From assembly GCA_012838705.1 (NCBI GenBank), contig DUOT01000109.1, forward strand, positions 8,578 through 72,577: a stretch of DNA of 64,000 bases, given 5' to 3'. Below, piece by piece: positions 1 to 10,425 of this stretch. Made by a program: the position numbers and the translations under genes. Origin of the DNA: Acholeplasmataceae bacterium. GTDB taxonomy: Bacteria > Bacillota_I > Bacilli_A > ML615J-28 > CAG-698. The notes beneath the pieces are model-generated. The model saw only the letters and a program-made list of their open reading frames with translations. It was not told the DNA's origin and ran no database searches. The stretch's first letter is position 1; every line of letters begins with the position of its first letter.

Positions 1-1
1 T

Positions 2-271
2 GGACTTGCTTATCGAGCAAACTTTATAATCTCAGGAGAGGAAAGTGTCATTAAAGCCTTGCAGCAAAACAGACTTAAGATAGTTTTTATTGCAAGTGAT
101 GCTTCCCCGAAAACAATTGATAAATTTGTTCGAAAATGTTATTATTATAAAGTGGTGTATATTCTTGATTTTTCAAGTGAAGAGTTGTCATCAGCTATTG
201 GCAGAACGCGAAAAATAATCGGTTTAACTGACTTAGGATTTGCGAATGCCATCGAAAGATTAATGAGGTGA
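2..271 (+). CDS. ylxQ: L7Ae-family ribosomal protein (YlxQ-like), 5' end truncated by the window edge
   Basis: The frame is open from the window start. Small basic protein lying immediately upstream of infB, as ylxQ does in the Bacillus nusA-ylxR-ylxQ-infB order. Confidence 0.6.
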   Translation, partial: GLAYRANFIISGEESVIKALQQNRLKIVFIASDASPKTIDKFVRKCYYYKVVYILDFSSEELSSAIGRTRKIIGLTDLGFANAIERLMR

Positions 272-275
272 TTAT

Positions 276-2561
276 ATGAAAGTAAAAGAAATTCTCGAAA
301 TTTTAAATGTTCCCGAAGAAGAATTACTACAGAAACTTGAAAATGTCGGAATTGAAGCTGATTTGGAAACAGAAATTGAAAGTAGAATTATAAAAAACTT
401 AAGTAAATTATATAAAGTAGAGATAAAACCTGCTAGGAAAAAGAAAACTACTCAAACTACGAAACCAAAAGTAGAAGAGAAAAAAGAAGAAGAAAAAAAG
501 GTAGTACCAAAACAAGAAAAAGAAGAACAGCCTAAAACAAAACCAAAAGAAACAAAGCCGCAGGAAGAGAAAAAGGAAAAACCAAAAGAAGAGAAAAAAG
601 AAAAACCGAAAGAACAAAAACAAACTAAAGAAGAGAAAGAGAAGAAACACGTGATAAAAACAAAATTTGACACTGAAGAAATTGAATTAAAAAGAGTATA
701 TGACGAAAAATATGAAGAGTTTGAAGAACCCACAAAAATCTATACACGTTTAAAGAATGTAAAAAGAAAAAATACTAGAAGTACAAAAAACCGTCAATCA
801 AATTTCCCACAAAAACAAGGAAAAGAAGACAGAACTTTATATTATTCTGAAGGAATGACAGTTGCAAAAGTTGCAGATGAATTAGGTGTTGGCATTGGCG
901 ATGTTGTTAGAAGACTTGTAATGATGGGATATATGGTTAGTGCCAGTCAAGTGTTAGATCGTGATATTGTTGAAATAATTGCATTAGAATATGGGTTTGA
1001 ATTAAAAGATCGCGTTGAAACCGATATTACTAAGTTTGAGCAAATGGATATTGTTGATGATCCATCATCATTAGTTCCACGTCCACCAATTGTTACAATT
1101 ATGGGGCATGTTGACCATGGTAAAACAACACTTCTAGATACAATTCGTAATACTCGTGTTGCTTCCCATGAGGCTGGAGGAATTACTCAACATATTGGTG
1201 CTTATCAAATTAATAAAGATGGTCAATTAATTACTTTTATTGATACTCCAGGACATGCGGCATTTACTGAAATGCGTGCACGAGGAGCAGAAATAACTGA
1301 TATCGTTGTATTAGTTGTTGCTGCTGATGATGGAGTAATGCCACAAACTGTCGAAGCGATTGAGCATGCTAAGGCAGCAAAAGTATCAATTATCGTTGCA
1401 ATTAATAAAATGGATAAACCAACAGCTAATCCAGAACGTATCAAACAAGAACTTGCAAATTATGGCCTTGTAAGTGAAGAATGGGGCGGAGATACGATTT
1501 TTGTACCGATATCAGCATTAAAAAATAAAGGTGTTGATGAATTACTCGATACTATTCTTTTGATTGCAGAAATGCAAGAATTAAAGGCTAATCCAAATCG
1601 TTTAGGTATTGGAACAGTCATTGAAGCAAAATTAGATAAAGGTCGTGGCGTTGTTGCAACATTACTAGTTAAGAACGGTTCTATAAAAGTTGGGGATCCA
1701 TTAGTAGTTGGAAATACATATGGAAAAATTAGAGCAATGCAAGATGAAAGCAGAACTAATATTAAAACAGCATTGCCATCAAAAGCAGTTGAAGTAATGG
1801 GTATTGTAGATGTACCTAATGCTGGAGATCCATTCATGGTCTTCGAAGATGAAAAAACAGCACGATTAATTGCTGAACAACGTGCTCAACGTGCTCAAGA
1901 ACAAGAATTAATAGGTAGACCAATAAGTCTTGCTAATTTATTTGACGATGAAGGCGAAAAAGAATTAAAACTAATTATTAAAGGTGATGTTCAAGGGTCA
2001 ATTGAAGCACTTAAAAACTCGCTTGCAAAATTGGATGTTGAAGGGGTAACAGTAGATGTTGTTCGAAGTGCTGTAGGTACAGTTACAGAAACTGATATTT
2101 CACTAGCTATTGCTGCTAATGCAATTATTATCGGATTTAATATAAGACCTTCAGCAAAAATTCTTGAATACGCTAAGGAAAAAGGAATTGAAGTTAGATT
2201 ATATAATGTAATTTATAAACTTCTTGAAGATATTGAAGATGCTATGAAGGGTATGCTTGATCCAGTTTATGAAGAAGATGTAATTGGTGAAGCTGAAGTA
2301 AGGCAAACATTTAAAGTTTCAAGAATCGGAACAATTGCTGGTTGTTATGTAACTCATGGATATATAACTCGAAATTGTCAAGTACGATTAATTCGTGATA
2401 GTATCGTTATTTATACTGGTAATTTATCATCATTAAAACGATTTAAAGATGATGTTCGTGAAGTTAAAGCTGGATATGAATGCGGTCTAACGATTGAAAA
2501 TTATAATGACATTAAAGTTGATGATGTTATTGAAGCTTTTGTTATGAAGAAGGTGGAATAA
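276..2561 (+). CDS. infB: Translation initiation factor IF-2
   Basis: G-domain motifs [12 protein letters not shown] and DTPGH. The K/E-rich low-complexity N-terminus is typical of IF-2. 761 aa. Confidence 0.95.
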   Translation: MKVKEILEILNVPEEELLQKLENVGIEADLETEIESRIIKNLSKLYKVEIKPARKKKTTQTTKPKVEEKKEEEKKVVPKQEKEEQPKTKPKETKPQEEKKEKPKEEKKEKPKEQKQTKEEKEKKHVIKTKFDTEEIELKRVYDEKYEEFEEPTKIYTRLKNVKRKNTRSTKNRQSNFPQKQGKEDRTLYYSEGMTVAKVADELGVGIGDVVRRLVMMGYMVSASQVLDRDIVEIIALEYGFELKDRVETDITKFEQMDIVDDPSSLVPRPPIVTIMGHVDHGKTTLLDTIRNTRVASHEAGGITQHIGAYQINKDGQLITFIDTPGHAAFTEMRARGAEITDIVVLVVAADDGVMPQTVEAIEHAKAAKVSIIVAINKMDKPTANPERIKQELANYGLVSEEWGGDTIFVPISALKNKGVDELLDTILLIAEMQELKANPNRLGIGTVIEAKLDKGRGVVATLLVKNGSIKVGDPLVVGNTYGKIRAMQDESRTNIKTALPSKAVEVMGIVDVPNAGDPFMVFEDEKTARLIAEQRAQRAQEQELIGRPISLANLFDDEGEKELKLIIKGDVQGSIEALKNSLAKLDVEGVTVDVVRSAVGTVTETDISLAIAANAIIIGFNIRPSAKILEYAKEKGIEVRLYNVIYKLLEDIEDAMKGMLDPVYEEDVIGEAEVRQTFKVSRIGTIAGCYVTHGYITRNCQVRLIRDSIVIYTGNLSSLKRFKDDVREVKAGYECGLTIENYNDIKVDDVIEAFVMKKVE

Positions 2562-2902
2562 TGGCTTATAAAAAAGAACGCTTGGAAAAGTTAATCGAGC
2601 GTGAACTAGGTCGTATTATCATAAACGAAACAAAAGATGAACGATTAAAATATATTACAATTACAAAAGTATTCCTAACAGAAGATTTATCAATCGCAAG
2701 AGTTTTTTATACTATTTTAGGTACCGATAATCAAATTGAAAAAACAAAACAAAACTTACAAGAAGCTAAAGGATTTTTACGTACGGCTTTAAGTAAAAAA
2801 ATTAAGGCTCGAAAGACTCCAGAATTACGTTTTCAATACGATGAATCATTTGAATATGGAAATAAAATTGAAAATATATTAAAAACAATTGAAAAAAAAT
2901 GA
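2561..2902 (+). CDS. rbfA: Ribosome-binding factor A
   Basis: About 113 aa, coupled to the infB stop. N-terminus [16 protein letters not shown] fits RbfA. Confidence 0.85.
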   Translation: MAYKKERLEKLIERELGRIIINETKDERLKYITITKVFLTEDLSIARVFYTILGTDNQIEKTKQNLQEAKGFLRTALSKKIKARKTPELRFQYDESFEYGNKIENILKTIEKK

Positions 2903-2977
2903 GTGGGATTTTATCTCACTCATTTATTGTAATATAGTACATAATATGATAAAATAAACAAAAGTAGTGTGATATAT

Positions 2978-4702
2978 ATGAATATAAAAGATAAATTACA
3001 AACACTTCCTCATAAGCCTGGTTGTTATTTAATGAAAGATGAGGAAGGGCAAATTATTTATGTTGGTAAAGCTAAAGATTTATATAATCGTGTTCGTAGT
3101 TATTTTGTTGGAAGTCATGATGCGAAAACAACAAAACTAGTTTCATTAATACATGATTTTGAATATATTATAACATCAAGCGAAACGGAAGCTTTTATTT
3201 TGGAAATGAATTTAATTAAAAAACATGATCCAAAATATAATATTTTGTTAACTGATGATAAATCTTATCCATATATATGTGTTACGGATGAAATGTATCC
3301 ACGAGTATTATATTCACGAGACGTCAATCAAAAACTCGGAAAGTATTATGGACCATATCCAAATGCGAAAGCAGCAAAAGAAATTGTTGATATGCTTAAT
3401 AAAATGTATCCATTTAGAAAGTGTAGGGTGTTACCAAAACGTGAATGTTTATATTATCATATAGGACAATGTCTTGCTCCATGTATTAAAAAAATTGACC
3501 CAAAGCAATATCAAGAAATGAAGAAAAGTGTTAATAATATATTAAAAGGGAATGTTACTTCAGAAATTAAAAAATTTGAAATATTAATGAATGAAGCTGC
3601 AAATAAATTAAATTATGAAAAAGCTATTGAGTATCGAAATTTAATAAATGATTTAAATGTTATTGGTGAACGCCAAAAGATGTCTGGCTTTTCTCAAGAT
3701 ACGGATGTTTTTGCTTATTATGCAAATGAAGAATATGTTAGTATTCAAGTATTTCATTTACGTAATGGGAATATGATTGAACGAAGTGGATTTTTATTCG
3801 ATAATTATGGTAATGCTCAAGATATATTCCAAGAGTTTATTGTTAAGTTTTATCAAGAGCAAAATAATCCAATTCCAAAGTTAATAATAGTTAGTTCTGG
3901 TGATAAAGAAGCATTAGAGGCAACATTAAAACATAGTGTTGAAATTCCAATACGAGGAAAGAAAAAAGAATTAGTTAAGCTTGTAGAGGATAATGCGATA
4001 AATAGGATTGATGCATTAATTAAAAGAAAAGAACTTGAATTCCAAAGAACTAGTGGTGCTAATAATGCTTTAGGAGAACTTTTAGGTATTGATAATCTAA
4101 AAGTAATTGAAGCTTTTGATAACTCTAATATATCCGGAACAAATGCTGTCAGTGCTATGGTAGTATTTATAGATGGAAAACCAAAGAAAAATTTATATCG
4201 AAAATATAAAATTAAAAGTGGTGCAGCAGGCGATACGCAAATGATGTATGAAGTAATATCACGAAGGTATAAAGATCCAAAAAATAATCCTGATTTGATA
4301 ATTGTTGATGGAGGCTTAGCGCAAGTAAATAGTGCTAATAAAGCATTAAATGATTTAGGTAGGGATTTAGAAGTTATTGGACTTGTTAAGGATGAAAAAC
4401 ACCGAACAAAATCAATTCTTTATAATAATGAAATCATTGATATTGAGAAAAATAGTTTTGAGTTTCGATTATTAGAAAGAATTCAAGAAGAAGTTCACCG
4501 TTTTGCAATTACATATTTCCACAAAACTCATTCAAAAAATACATTTACATCAAAACTTGATAATATAAAAGGAATTGGGAAAGTCAAGAAACAACAAATT
4601 CTAAAAATTTTAGGTGAAGATAATTTTGAAGAAAAGTTAAAATCATTAAAACTATCTGAAACGCAAATTAAAGAAGTTTTAAAACTGTTAAGTAGCAATT
4701 AA
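2978..4702 (+). CDS. uvrC: Excinuclease ABC subunit C
   Basis: GIY-YIG N-terminus (PGCYLMKDEEGQIIYVGKAKDLYNRVRSYF), a UvrC-sized protein, and a C-terminal HhH region. Start set at ATG 2978 (MNIKDKLQTLP) rather than the upstream GTG. Confidence 0.9.
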   Translation: MNIKDKLQTLPHKPGCYLMKDEEGQIIYVGKAKDLYNRVRSYFVGSHDAKTTKLVSLIHDFEYIITSSETEAFILEMNLIKKHDPKYNILLTDDKSYPYICVTDEMYPRVLYSRDVNQKLGKYYGPYPNAKAAKEIVDMLNKMYPFRKCRVLPKRECLYYHIGQCLAPCIKKIDPKQYQEMKKSVNNILKGNVTSEIKKFEILMNEAANKLNYEKAIEYRNLINDLNVIGERQKMSGFSQDTDVFAYYANEEYVSIQVFHLRNGNMIERSGFLFDNYGNAQDIFQEFIVKFYQEQNNPIPKLIIVSSGDKEALEATLKHSVEIPIRGKKKELVKLVEDNAINRIDALIKRKELEFQRTSGANNALGELLGIDNLKVIEAFDNSNISGTNAVSAMVVFIDGKPKKNLYRKYKIKSGAAGDTQMMYEVISRRYKDPKNNPDLIIVDGGLAQVNSANKALNDLGRDLEVIGLVKDEKHRTKSILYNNEIIDIEKNSFEFRLLERIQEEVHRFAITYFHKTHSKNTFTSKLDNIKGIGKVKKQQILKILGEDNFEEKLKSLKLSETQIKEVLKLLSSN

Positions 4703-4740
4703 AATCTCCCTTGCATATTATAATTTAGGGAGGGATTAAA

Positions 4741-4947
4741 TTGCGATCACACTTTTTAACAGCACGAGAGAAAGAAATATTTGATCTATTAGTGCAAAAT
4801 TATGATACATTAGAAATTTCTGATAAACTCAAAATTAGCGAAAAAACAGTTCGAAATCATATATCTAACGTTATTCAAAAGTTAGGTGTTAAAGGACGTA
4901 GCCAAGCAATTTTAGAATTAATAAGGATTGGCGAGTTAAAGTTATAG
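4741..4947 (+). CDS. gerE: LuxR/GerE-family HTH regulator, very close to sporulation regulator GerE
   Basis: 68 aa with TTG start. FLTAREKEIFDLLVQ...ISEKTVRNHISNVIQKLGVKGRSQAILELIRIGEL is near-identical in pattern to B. subtilis GerE. RBS AGGGAGGGA lies upstream. Confidence 0.8.
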   Translation: MRSHFLTAREKEIFDLLVQNYDTLEISDKLKISEKTVRNHISNVIQKLGVKGRSQAILELIRIGELKL

Positions 4948-4959
4948 AAAGGAAATAAC

Positions 4960-5811
4960 ATGAAAATTTACGGCAAGGTTTACAGTGTTGATAAAAAGCA
5001 AAGAATAATTTCAATAATAATAAATAAACGCTTAGAATACTTTCATATGTCGAATAAGGTTATGAGAGATTTCAAAGCGTATTTATATAAAAAACCATAT
5101 GTGTTTTTAGATGTGGAAGATGAAAAAGTAAGAATTAATGGTATTAAATGTTATCCAATTAAATATTTTATTAAGATAATTGTTCCAAGAATAAAAAGGA
5201 CTAATGTTTATTATGATTTATCAATGATTAGACGAAGCATTAGATCCTTGATGAATCGAATTGGGATGAAAATGTTTCTAGACTTAGAGTTTAGTTTGCC
5301 AACTAGTAATAGGAGACACATCCCAGAAATAATTCAATATGGAATGATTATTGAAGATGAAAATGGAAATATTGTTTTTGAAGATTCATCACTAGTAAAA
5401 CCAACACGCCGTAGTTCTTTAAATAAAAGAACATTAAAATTTTTATCATTAGATTATAAAAACTTTAATAATGCATGTTCTTATATAGAATTCTATCAAT
5501 TATTAGAAAGACTAATTAAAGAATATGATGTTAAGATAATTGCATGGGGTAAAAATGATATTATTGCCCTTGAAAAATCATTTAAAATCAATCACCTAAT
5601 GCCTTTAGATGTACAAAATAGATATATGAATTTAATGCAAGTAATGAAAAATTATTACAATTATAAACAGGAAAAGGGACTTTTTAGTACATATCATGAC
5701 TTAACAAATACAAAAGATGTTATTCAAACTCATGATGCATTTCAAGATGCATTTATTACGAGAGAAGTATTTCATCTTTTCAAACAAAAGATTAATGAGG
5801 ACGAAAACTAA
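4960..5811 (+). CDS. DEDDh 3'-5' exonuclease, KapD-like, with an extra N-terminal domain of about 100 aa
   Basis: Exo motifs FLDLEFS...EIIQYGMI (Exo I), AWGKNDIIAL (Exo II) and THDAFQDAF (Exo III, H-x4-D). The block is collinear with B. subtilis KapD. Good RBS AAAGGAAA before ATG 4960. Confidence 0.6.
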   Translation: MKIYGKVYSVDKKQRIISIIINKRLEYFHMSNKVMRDFKAYLYKKPYVFLDVEDEKVRINGIKCYPIKYFIKIIVPRIKRTNVYYDLSMIRRSIRSLMNRIGMKMFLDLEFSLPTSNRRHIPEIIQYGMIIEDENGNIVFEDSSLVKPTRRSSLNKRTLKFLSLDYKNFNNACSYIEFYQLLERLIKEYDVKIIAWGKNDIIALEKSFKINHLMPLDVQNRYMNLMQVMKNYYNYKQEKGLFSTYHDLTNTKDVIQTHDAFQDAFITREVFHLFKQKINEDEN

Positions 5812-5911
5812 AAAGTCCCATTATAATAATCCCTTTTGTATTTCTCTCTCTTTATAAACATAAGCGTAATGCTTATGTTTTTATTTTATAAATAAAAAAA
5901 TAGAAACGGTA

Positions 5912-7609
5912 TTATGCCGTTTCTACTTCCATAATGATAGGAATGATTATTGGTTTTCTTTCAGTTAGTTCATAAATAAAATTACTTAATTCATTAGAGA
6001 TAAATCCCTTTACAGAAGTATAATTTGGAACTTTATGTGTTTTCAAATAACGATCTAGCGTTGCTTTTGCTTTGTTTTGAATATTACTTACTAATTGTTC
6101 TGAGTTTTTCATATATATAAAGCCTCGTGATACAATTGCTGGATCAGCTATTTGTTTATGTTTATGAACAGTAAATATTGCTGTTACCATCCCATCTTCA
6201 GCTAAAAGCTTACGTTCTTTGATTATAGTTCCATCAATAACATGACCATTAGAATCGATATAAATTGTTCCCGATTTTACCATGTTATTTACATATGCAC
6301 CTTTTTTATTAATAGTTAATACTTCACCTAAATCTAAAGCGAAGCATTTGCTTTTTTCAATTCCAGTTTGAATTGCAAGGTTAATATGTTTGATTTGCAT
6401 TGCATATTCGCCATGGATCGGTGCAAAATACTCAGGTTTTGTTAGGACAAGCATTAATTTTAACTCTGTTTCCGAAGCATGACCAGAAGTATGGGTATCC
6501 GTTAGTGGGCTGTTAACAATTACTTCTGCACCAGCACGATATAGTTTGTTGATTGTAGAATTGATACTTTCTTGGTTCCCTGGAATTGGTGATGATGAAA
6601 AAACAACAGTATCACCAGGTATTAATTTAATTTGACGATGGGTACCATTAGCTATTCTTGATAGGGCAGCTAATGGTTCACCTTGAGAACCAGTACAGAG
6701 GATTGTAATCTTGTCTGGTGGTAAATGCGGGAATTCATTTGCTTTAATGAATGTTCCTTCTGGTGCCTTTATATAACCTAAGGATTGACCAACAGCGATA
6801 GTTTTTTCCATACTTCTTCCGAAAATAATAACTTTTCGGCCAACATTAACACTTGCCTCGATTATTTGTTGGACACGATAAACATTTGATGCAAAAGTTG
6901 CAATAATGATTCGACCTTTTATTTGTGAGAAGATTGTTCTTATATTTTTGCTTATTTCTTTCTCGGATGGTGACATAGCTTTTATACTAGCGTTTGTACT
7001 ATCGGAAAGTAAAAGTTTCACACCTCTTTTTGCATATGCAGTTAACTTATGATAGTCTGCTTGCTGGCCTAGTGGTGTTAAGTCGAATTTAAAATCTCCA
7101 GTATGAAGGATATAACCATACTTAGTTAATAAAGCTATTCCAAATGAGTCAGGAATACTATGATTTGTTCGAAAAAAGGAAACTTCAAAATGCTTAAATT
7201 TATAGACAGATTCATCATTAAATTCCACAATCTCACATTTTAATTGTGGGTATTCTTTTTGTTTATTTTTTATTAAGCCAACAGCAAGACCATTAGCATA
7301 AATTTTCGGGATTTTAACTGATTGTAATAAGTATGGAATTCCACCAATATGATCTTCGTGACCATGAGTAATAAAAAGGCCAACGATTTTGTCTTCATTA
7401 TCTTTTAGATATGTAAAATCGGGAAGTAAATAATCTATACCATAAGTACTGTCGGGGAAGAGGATTCCCGAATCAACAATGATTATTTCATCGCTGCATT
7501 CGAAAACATACATGTTTTTTCCTACTTCGCCGAGTCCACCTAAAGCAAAAAACTTTACATTATTGTCATTGAATCGTTCTACAATCGGCTTAGTATTATT
7601 TGAATTCAA
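5912..7609 (-). CDS. rnj: Ribonuclease J
   Basis: Metallo-beta-lactamase motif HGHEDHIGG followed by beta-CASP and a C-terminal domain. 565 aa. Confidence 0.9.
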   Translation of the reverse strand: MNSNNTKPIVERFNDNNVKFFALGGLGEVGKNMYVFECSDEIIIVDSGILFPDSTYGIDYLLPDFTYLKDNEDKIVGLFITHGHEDHIGGIPYLLQSVKIPKIYANGLAVGLIKNKQKEYPQLKCEIVEFNDESVYKFKHFEVSFFRTNHSIPDSFGIALLTKYGYILHTGDFKFDLTPLGQQADYHKLTAYAKRGVKLLLSDSTNASIKAMSPSEKEISKNIRTIFSQIKGRIIIATFASNVYRVQQIIEASVNVGRKVIIFGRSMEKTIAVGQSLGYIKAPEGTFIKANEFPHLPPDKITILCTGSQGEPLAALSRIANGTHRQIKLIPGDTVVFSSSPIPGNQESINSTINKLYRAGAEVIVNSPLTDTHTSGHASETELKLMLVLTKPEYFAPIHGEYAMQIKHINLAIQTGIEKSKCFALDLGEVLTINKKGAYVNNMVKSGTIYIDSNGHVIDGTIIKERKLLAEDGMVTAIFTVHKHKQIADPAIVSRGFIYMKNSEQLVSNIQNKAKATLDRYLKTHKVPNYTSVKGFISNELSNFIYELTERKPIIIPIIMEVETA

Positions 7610-7724
7610 GAGTGTATCTCCTTTCTAGTAGATATATTTTTATTATACACTAGATAAATGTAAAAATAAAGCAAAACATTTCATTTTTAAGTTTTATAGT
7701 GTATAATGGTTTGTGGTGATTTAG

Positions 7725-8501
7725 ATGGAGAAAAAATTATTTTTATTTGATGTAGACGGGACTTTATTTGATAATGCCAATAAATGCATCCGTCCATTAA
7801 CAGTCAAAGCATTAAAAAAGCTATATGAGAAAGGGCATGAAATTGTTATTGCTACGGGGAGAGCTTACTTCATGTTAGAAGCTTTAGATGAGATTAAACC
7901 TTTAATAAGTCATTATATATTAATTAATGGTCAACATGTAATTGCAAATGGCAAAGTAATTTATGAAGATACAATATCTAAAGAAGCTTTAGATAATTTA
8001 GTTTCATCTTTAAGAGAACTTGACATTGTTTATGGGTTTGAAGGAGCACATTCTGAAGCTATTAGTGCTATAAATGAAGAAGTAAAAGATACTTTTGAAG
8101 AACTTGATTTAAATTTACCACCAAAAAATAAAGATTATCATGAGGAAGAAAAAGTACATCAGATGTGGTGTTTTTGTTCGCCAGAACAAGTAAAAATATT
8201 AGAAGCAAAAAATCCTGAATTTGCTTTTCTTAAATGGCTTTCCGCTGGCTATGATATTATAAAAAAAGGACAATCAAAAGGGAAAGGTCTTATGAAACTT
8301 TTAAAACATCTAAACAAAACTACAGATGATGTTGTTGCTTTTGGTGATGGTGATAATGATATTGAAATGCTTGAGACTGCTGGATTAGGAATTGCAATGG
8401 GTAATGCAACAGAAGACTTAAAAAGAGTAAGTGATTATATTACCAAAAGCGTAGGTGAAGATGGAATATATTATGCATTAAAGCATTTTAAATATATTTA
8501 G
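7725..8501 (+). CDS. Cof-type HAD-IIB phosphatase
   Basis: N-terminal LFLFDVDGTL (DxD motif) and C-terminal GDGDNDIEM motif. 258 aa. Confidence 0.8.
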   Translation: MEKKLFLFDVDGTLFDNANKCIRPLTVKALKKLYEKGHEIVIATGRAYFMLEALDEIKPLISHYILINGQHVIANGKVIYEDTISKEALDNLVSSLRELDIVYGFEGAHSEAISAINEEVKDTFEELDLNLPPKNKDYHEEEKVHQMWCFCSPEQVKILEAKNPEFAFLKWLSAGYDIIKKGQSKGKGLMKLLKHLNKTTDDVVAFGDGDNDIEMLETAGLGIAMGNATEDLKRVSDYITKSVGEDGIYYALKHFKYI

Positions 8502-8540
8502 ACATATTTTTTACCCCCACTAAGTTAAACTTTATTAAAG

Positions 8541-9197
8541 GTGGGGATTTTTATTTATATATTACTTTCGATATCAATTATTCTGTTATTAGTATACATT
8601 GGTTTGTATAATAAATTAAAAGAAAAATTTGTTCTAAAAACTATTACTAGTTTGTCATTTTTAGTATTAGGTTTCTATAATTATATAAATAACCATGAGG
8701 CAATATTTATATTCTTAGGTTTACTATTTGGTTTTTGTGGAGATATTGTACTTGGCCTAAAAGAAAGATTTTCAAAAAACTTATGTATTATGCTAGGGAT
8801 TATTTTCTTTTTTATAGGTCATTTGTTTTATTTGATTGTTGTAATAAAAGGGCTTAAAGAAAACTTCCTTTATTCATTATTATTTACATTTTTATTAAGT
8901 ATTATTTTTATTTATTTCTTCAATAAGAAAAAATATAACTTTTCAAAACTCAAACCATTTTGCTATTTATATTTATTGATATCACTTTTACTTTTTTCCT
9001 TTAGTTTAGGAAATGTAGTTAATAAAATTGATACTTTTAAAATTGTTATTGCTTTAGGTGTTACTTTTTTTGTATTATCTGATTTGTTATTATGTCATTT
9101 GTATTTTAAGAAGCAAAATAATACCATAAAACTTTTTAATATTTTTCTTTATTATTCTGCGCAAATATTAATTGCTTTATCAATCTTTTGGTATTAA
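8541..9197 (+). CDS. Polytopic membrane protein, possibly YhhN/lysoplasmalogenase family
   Basis: Very hydrophobic 218 aa with repeated GD..L/SD.LL motifs (FGFCGDIVLGL, FFVLSDLLL). The family assignment is tentative. Confidence 0.4.
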   Translation: MGIFIYILLSISIILLLVYIGLYNKLKEKFVLKTITSLSFLVLGFYNYINNHEAIFIFLGLLFGFCGDIVLGLKERFSKNLCIMLGIIFFFIGHLFYLIVVIKGLKENFLYSLLFTFLLSIIFIYFFNKKKYNFSKLKPFCYLYLLISLLLFSFSLGNVVNKIDTFKIVIALGVTFFVLSDLLLCHLYFKKQNNTIKLFNIFLYYSAQILIALSIFWY

Positions 9198-9216
9198 AAA
9201 AATTCCTTTACGGAAT

Positions 9217-9795
9217 TTATTTTTCAGAAAATGATACTGGTGTAGAATTTGAAGGCACGAAAAATGGGTTTTGTTTATTGATATGATCAAAAAACAATAT
9301 TCCATGTAAGTGATCATATTCGTGTTGGAAAACAATAGCCATATACCCTTTAAGTTTTAAAGTTGTTTTTTTCGTTTCAAAAGTTTCAAAATCAAAAAGT
9401 GTGCACTTTGCAGTTATTCTCATAGGTCTATGAACTAGCCCATATGTTTCGCGGTCAACTGAAAGGCATCCTTCACCAGATTCTAAAAATGTTAGTTGTT
9501 CGGAATGTGATATAATTTTTGGATTTATAACACCATAGTGATGAAGATTATTATTTTCATCATAACCGCAAATTACAAACATTTGTTTTAGGATCCCGAT
9601 TTGGACAGCTGATAATCCGACGCCTGGTCTAATATTTAACTGTTTTGCTTTTTCTTCATCATAACCATTAAGTAAATATTCATTCATTAAAAGAAGTGTC
9701 TCGATATCCTCTTTCGATAATGGTAAGTTTACAGGTTCTGATTTTAGTCTTAATCTTGGATCATCCTCTTTAATAATATCTTTATATGTTAACAT
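9217..9795 (-). CDS. def: Peptide deformylase
   Basis: The three PDF motifs are present: GVGLSAVQIG, EGCLS and HEYDHLHG. Confidence 0.9.
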   Translation of the reverse strand: MLTYKDIIKEDDPRLRLKSEPVNLPLSKEDIETLLLMNEYLLNGYDEEKAKQLNIRPGVGLSAVQIGILKQMFVICGYDENNNLHHYGVINPKIISHSEQLTFLESGEGCLSVDRETYGLVHRPMRITAKCTLFDFETFETKKTTLKLKGYMAIVFQHEYDHLHGILFFDHINKQNPFFVPSNSTPVSFSEK

Positions 9796-9851
9796 TTTAT
9801 CACCTAAATTATTTTATCACATTTTAATCTTTATATCAACAAATCAACTTT

Positions 9852-9876
9852 AAAAAGGAGTCACCTGACTCCTTTT
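9852..9876 (-). terminator. Intrinsic terminator after the yjcZ-like gene, bidirectional shape
   Basis: Perfect inverted repeat AAAAGGAGTCA/TGACTCCTTTT flanked by A and T runs. Confidence 0.5.
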
Positions 9877-9882
9877 ATATGA

Positions 9883-10035
9883 TTATCGATAATTCCAAGA
9901 TGAACCTATGATTACAAGTAGAATAAATAATACTAGAATCAATGCGTATCCGCCGTAGCCATAACCAATACCAGTTCCATAGCCATAGCCACCGAAGCCA
10001 CCGCCGAAGCCACCGCAACAACCATAACCGTACAT
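9883..10035 (-). CDS. Small Gly/Tyr-rich protein, YjcZ-family sporulation-protein-like; not in the ORF track
   Basis: Reverse-strand ORF translating to [60 protein letters not shown] sits 6 nt upstream and a terminator follows. Confidence 0.5.
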   Translation of the reverse strand: MYGYGCCGGFGGGFGGYGYGTGIGYGYGGYALILVLFILLVIIGSSWNYR

Positions 10036-10182
10036 ACTAATACCTCCTCTCATATCACTTTAATATATGATTAAAACATCCTAGTAGTTATTGGTTTTAC
10101 CTATATATTATTTTGTAAATATTATAAATTGTGATATAATATAAAAGCATAAACCAAAATACATAAATAGATTGGAGACAAA

Positions 10183-10425
10183 ATGGAAAAAGAATATTTA
10201 ATAGATTATGATATGTTTACTACAGGAGAAATTATTAAAATTATTAACTTTATGAGATTAATAGAAAGGACTAAAAATGAAAATATTGATCCTTCTCTAT
10301 TAAAGGAAAAGTATAATGAATATCGAAATATATTGAGAAATAAAGCATTAGAGAAAAAATATGATAAAATGCTGTATAATAAGTCTCAAGTATCTATTTA
10401 TGAAGTAATGAAATCCTTAAAATGA
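10183..10425 (+). CDS. Small hypothetical protein of 80 aa, possibly UPF0223/YktA-like
   Basis: ORF with a plausible RBS. The family guess rests only on remembered sequence pattern. Confidence 0.3.
   Translation: MEKEYLIDYDMFTTGEIIKIINFMRLIERTKNENIDPSLLKEKYNEYRNILRNKALEKKYDKMLYNKSQVSIYEVMKSLK

Noticed and set aside
420-660. K/E-rich repeat DNA in the infB 5' region
   Set aside because: This is the normal low-complexity IF-2 N-terminal linker, not a mobile or repeat element.
408-733. Two minus-strand ORFs (80 and 93 aa) rich in F/L/S
   Set aside because: They are antisense to the K/E-rich low-complexity N-terminus of infB (AAG/GAA repeats read as TTC/CTT). This is a compositional artefact.
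1223-1837. Minus-strand ORFs of 73 and 125 aa
   Set aside because: Entirely inside the infB G-domain coding region, with no RBS and no family resemblance.
3255-3464. 69-aa ORF on the plus strand
   Set aside because: An alternative frame inside uvrC.
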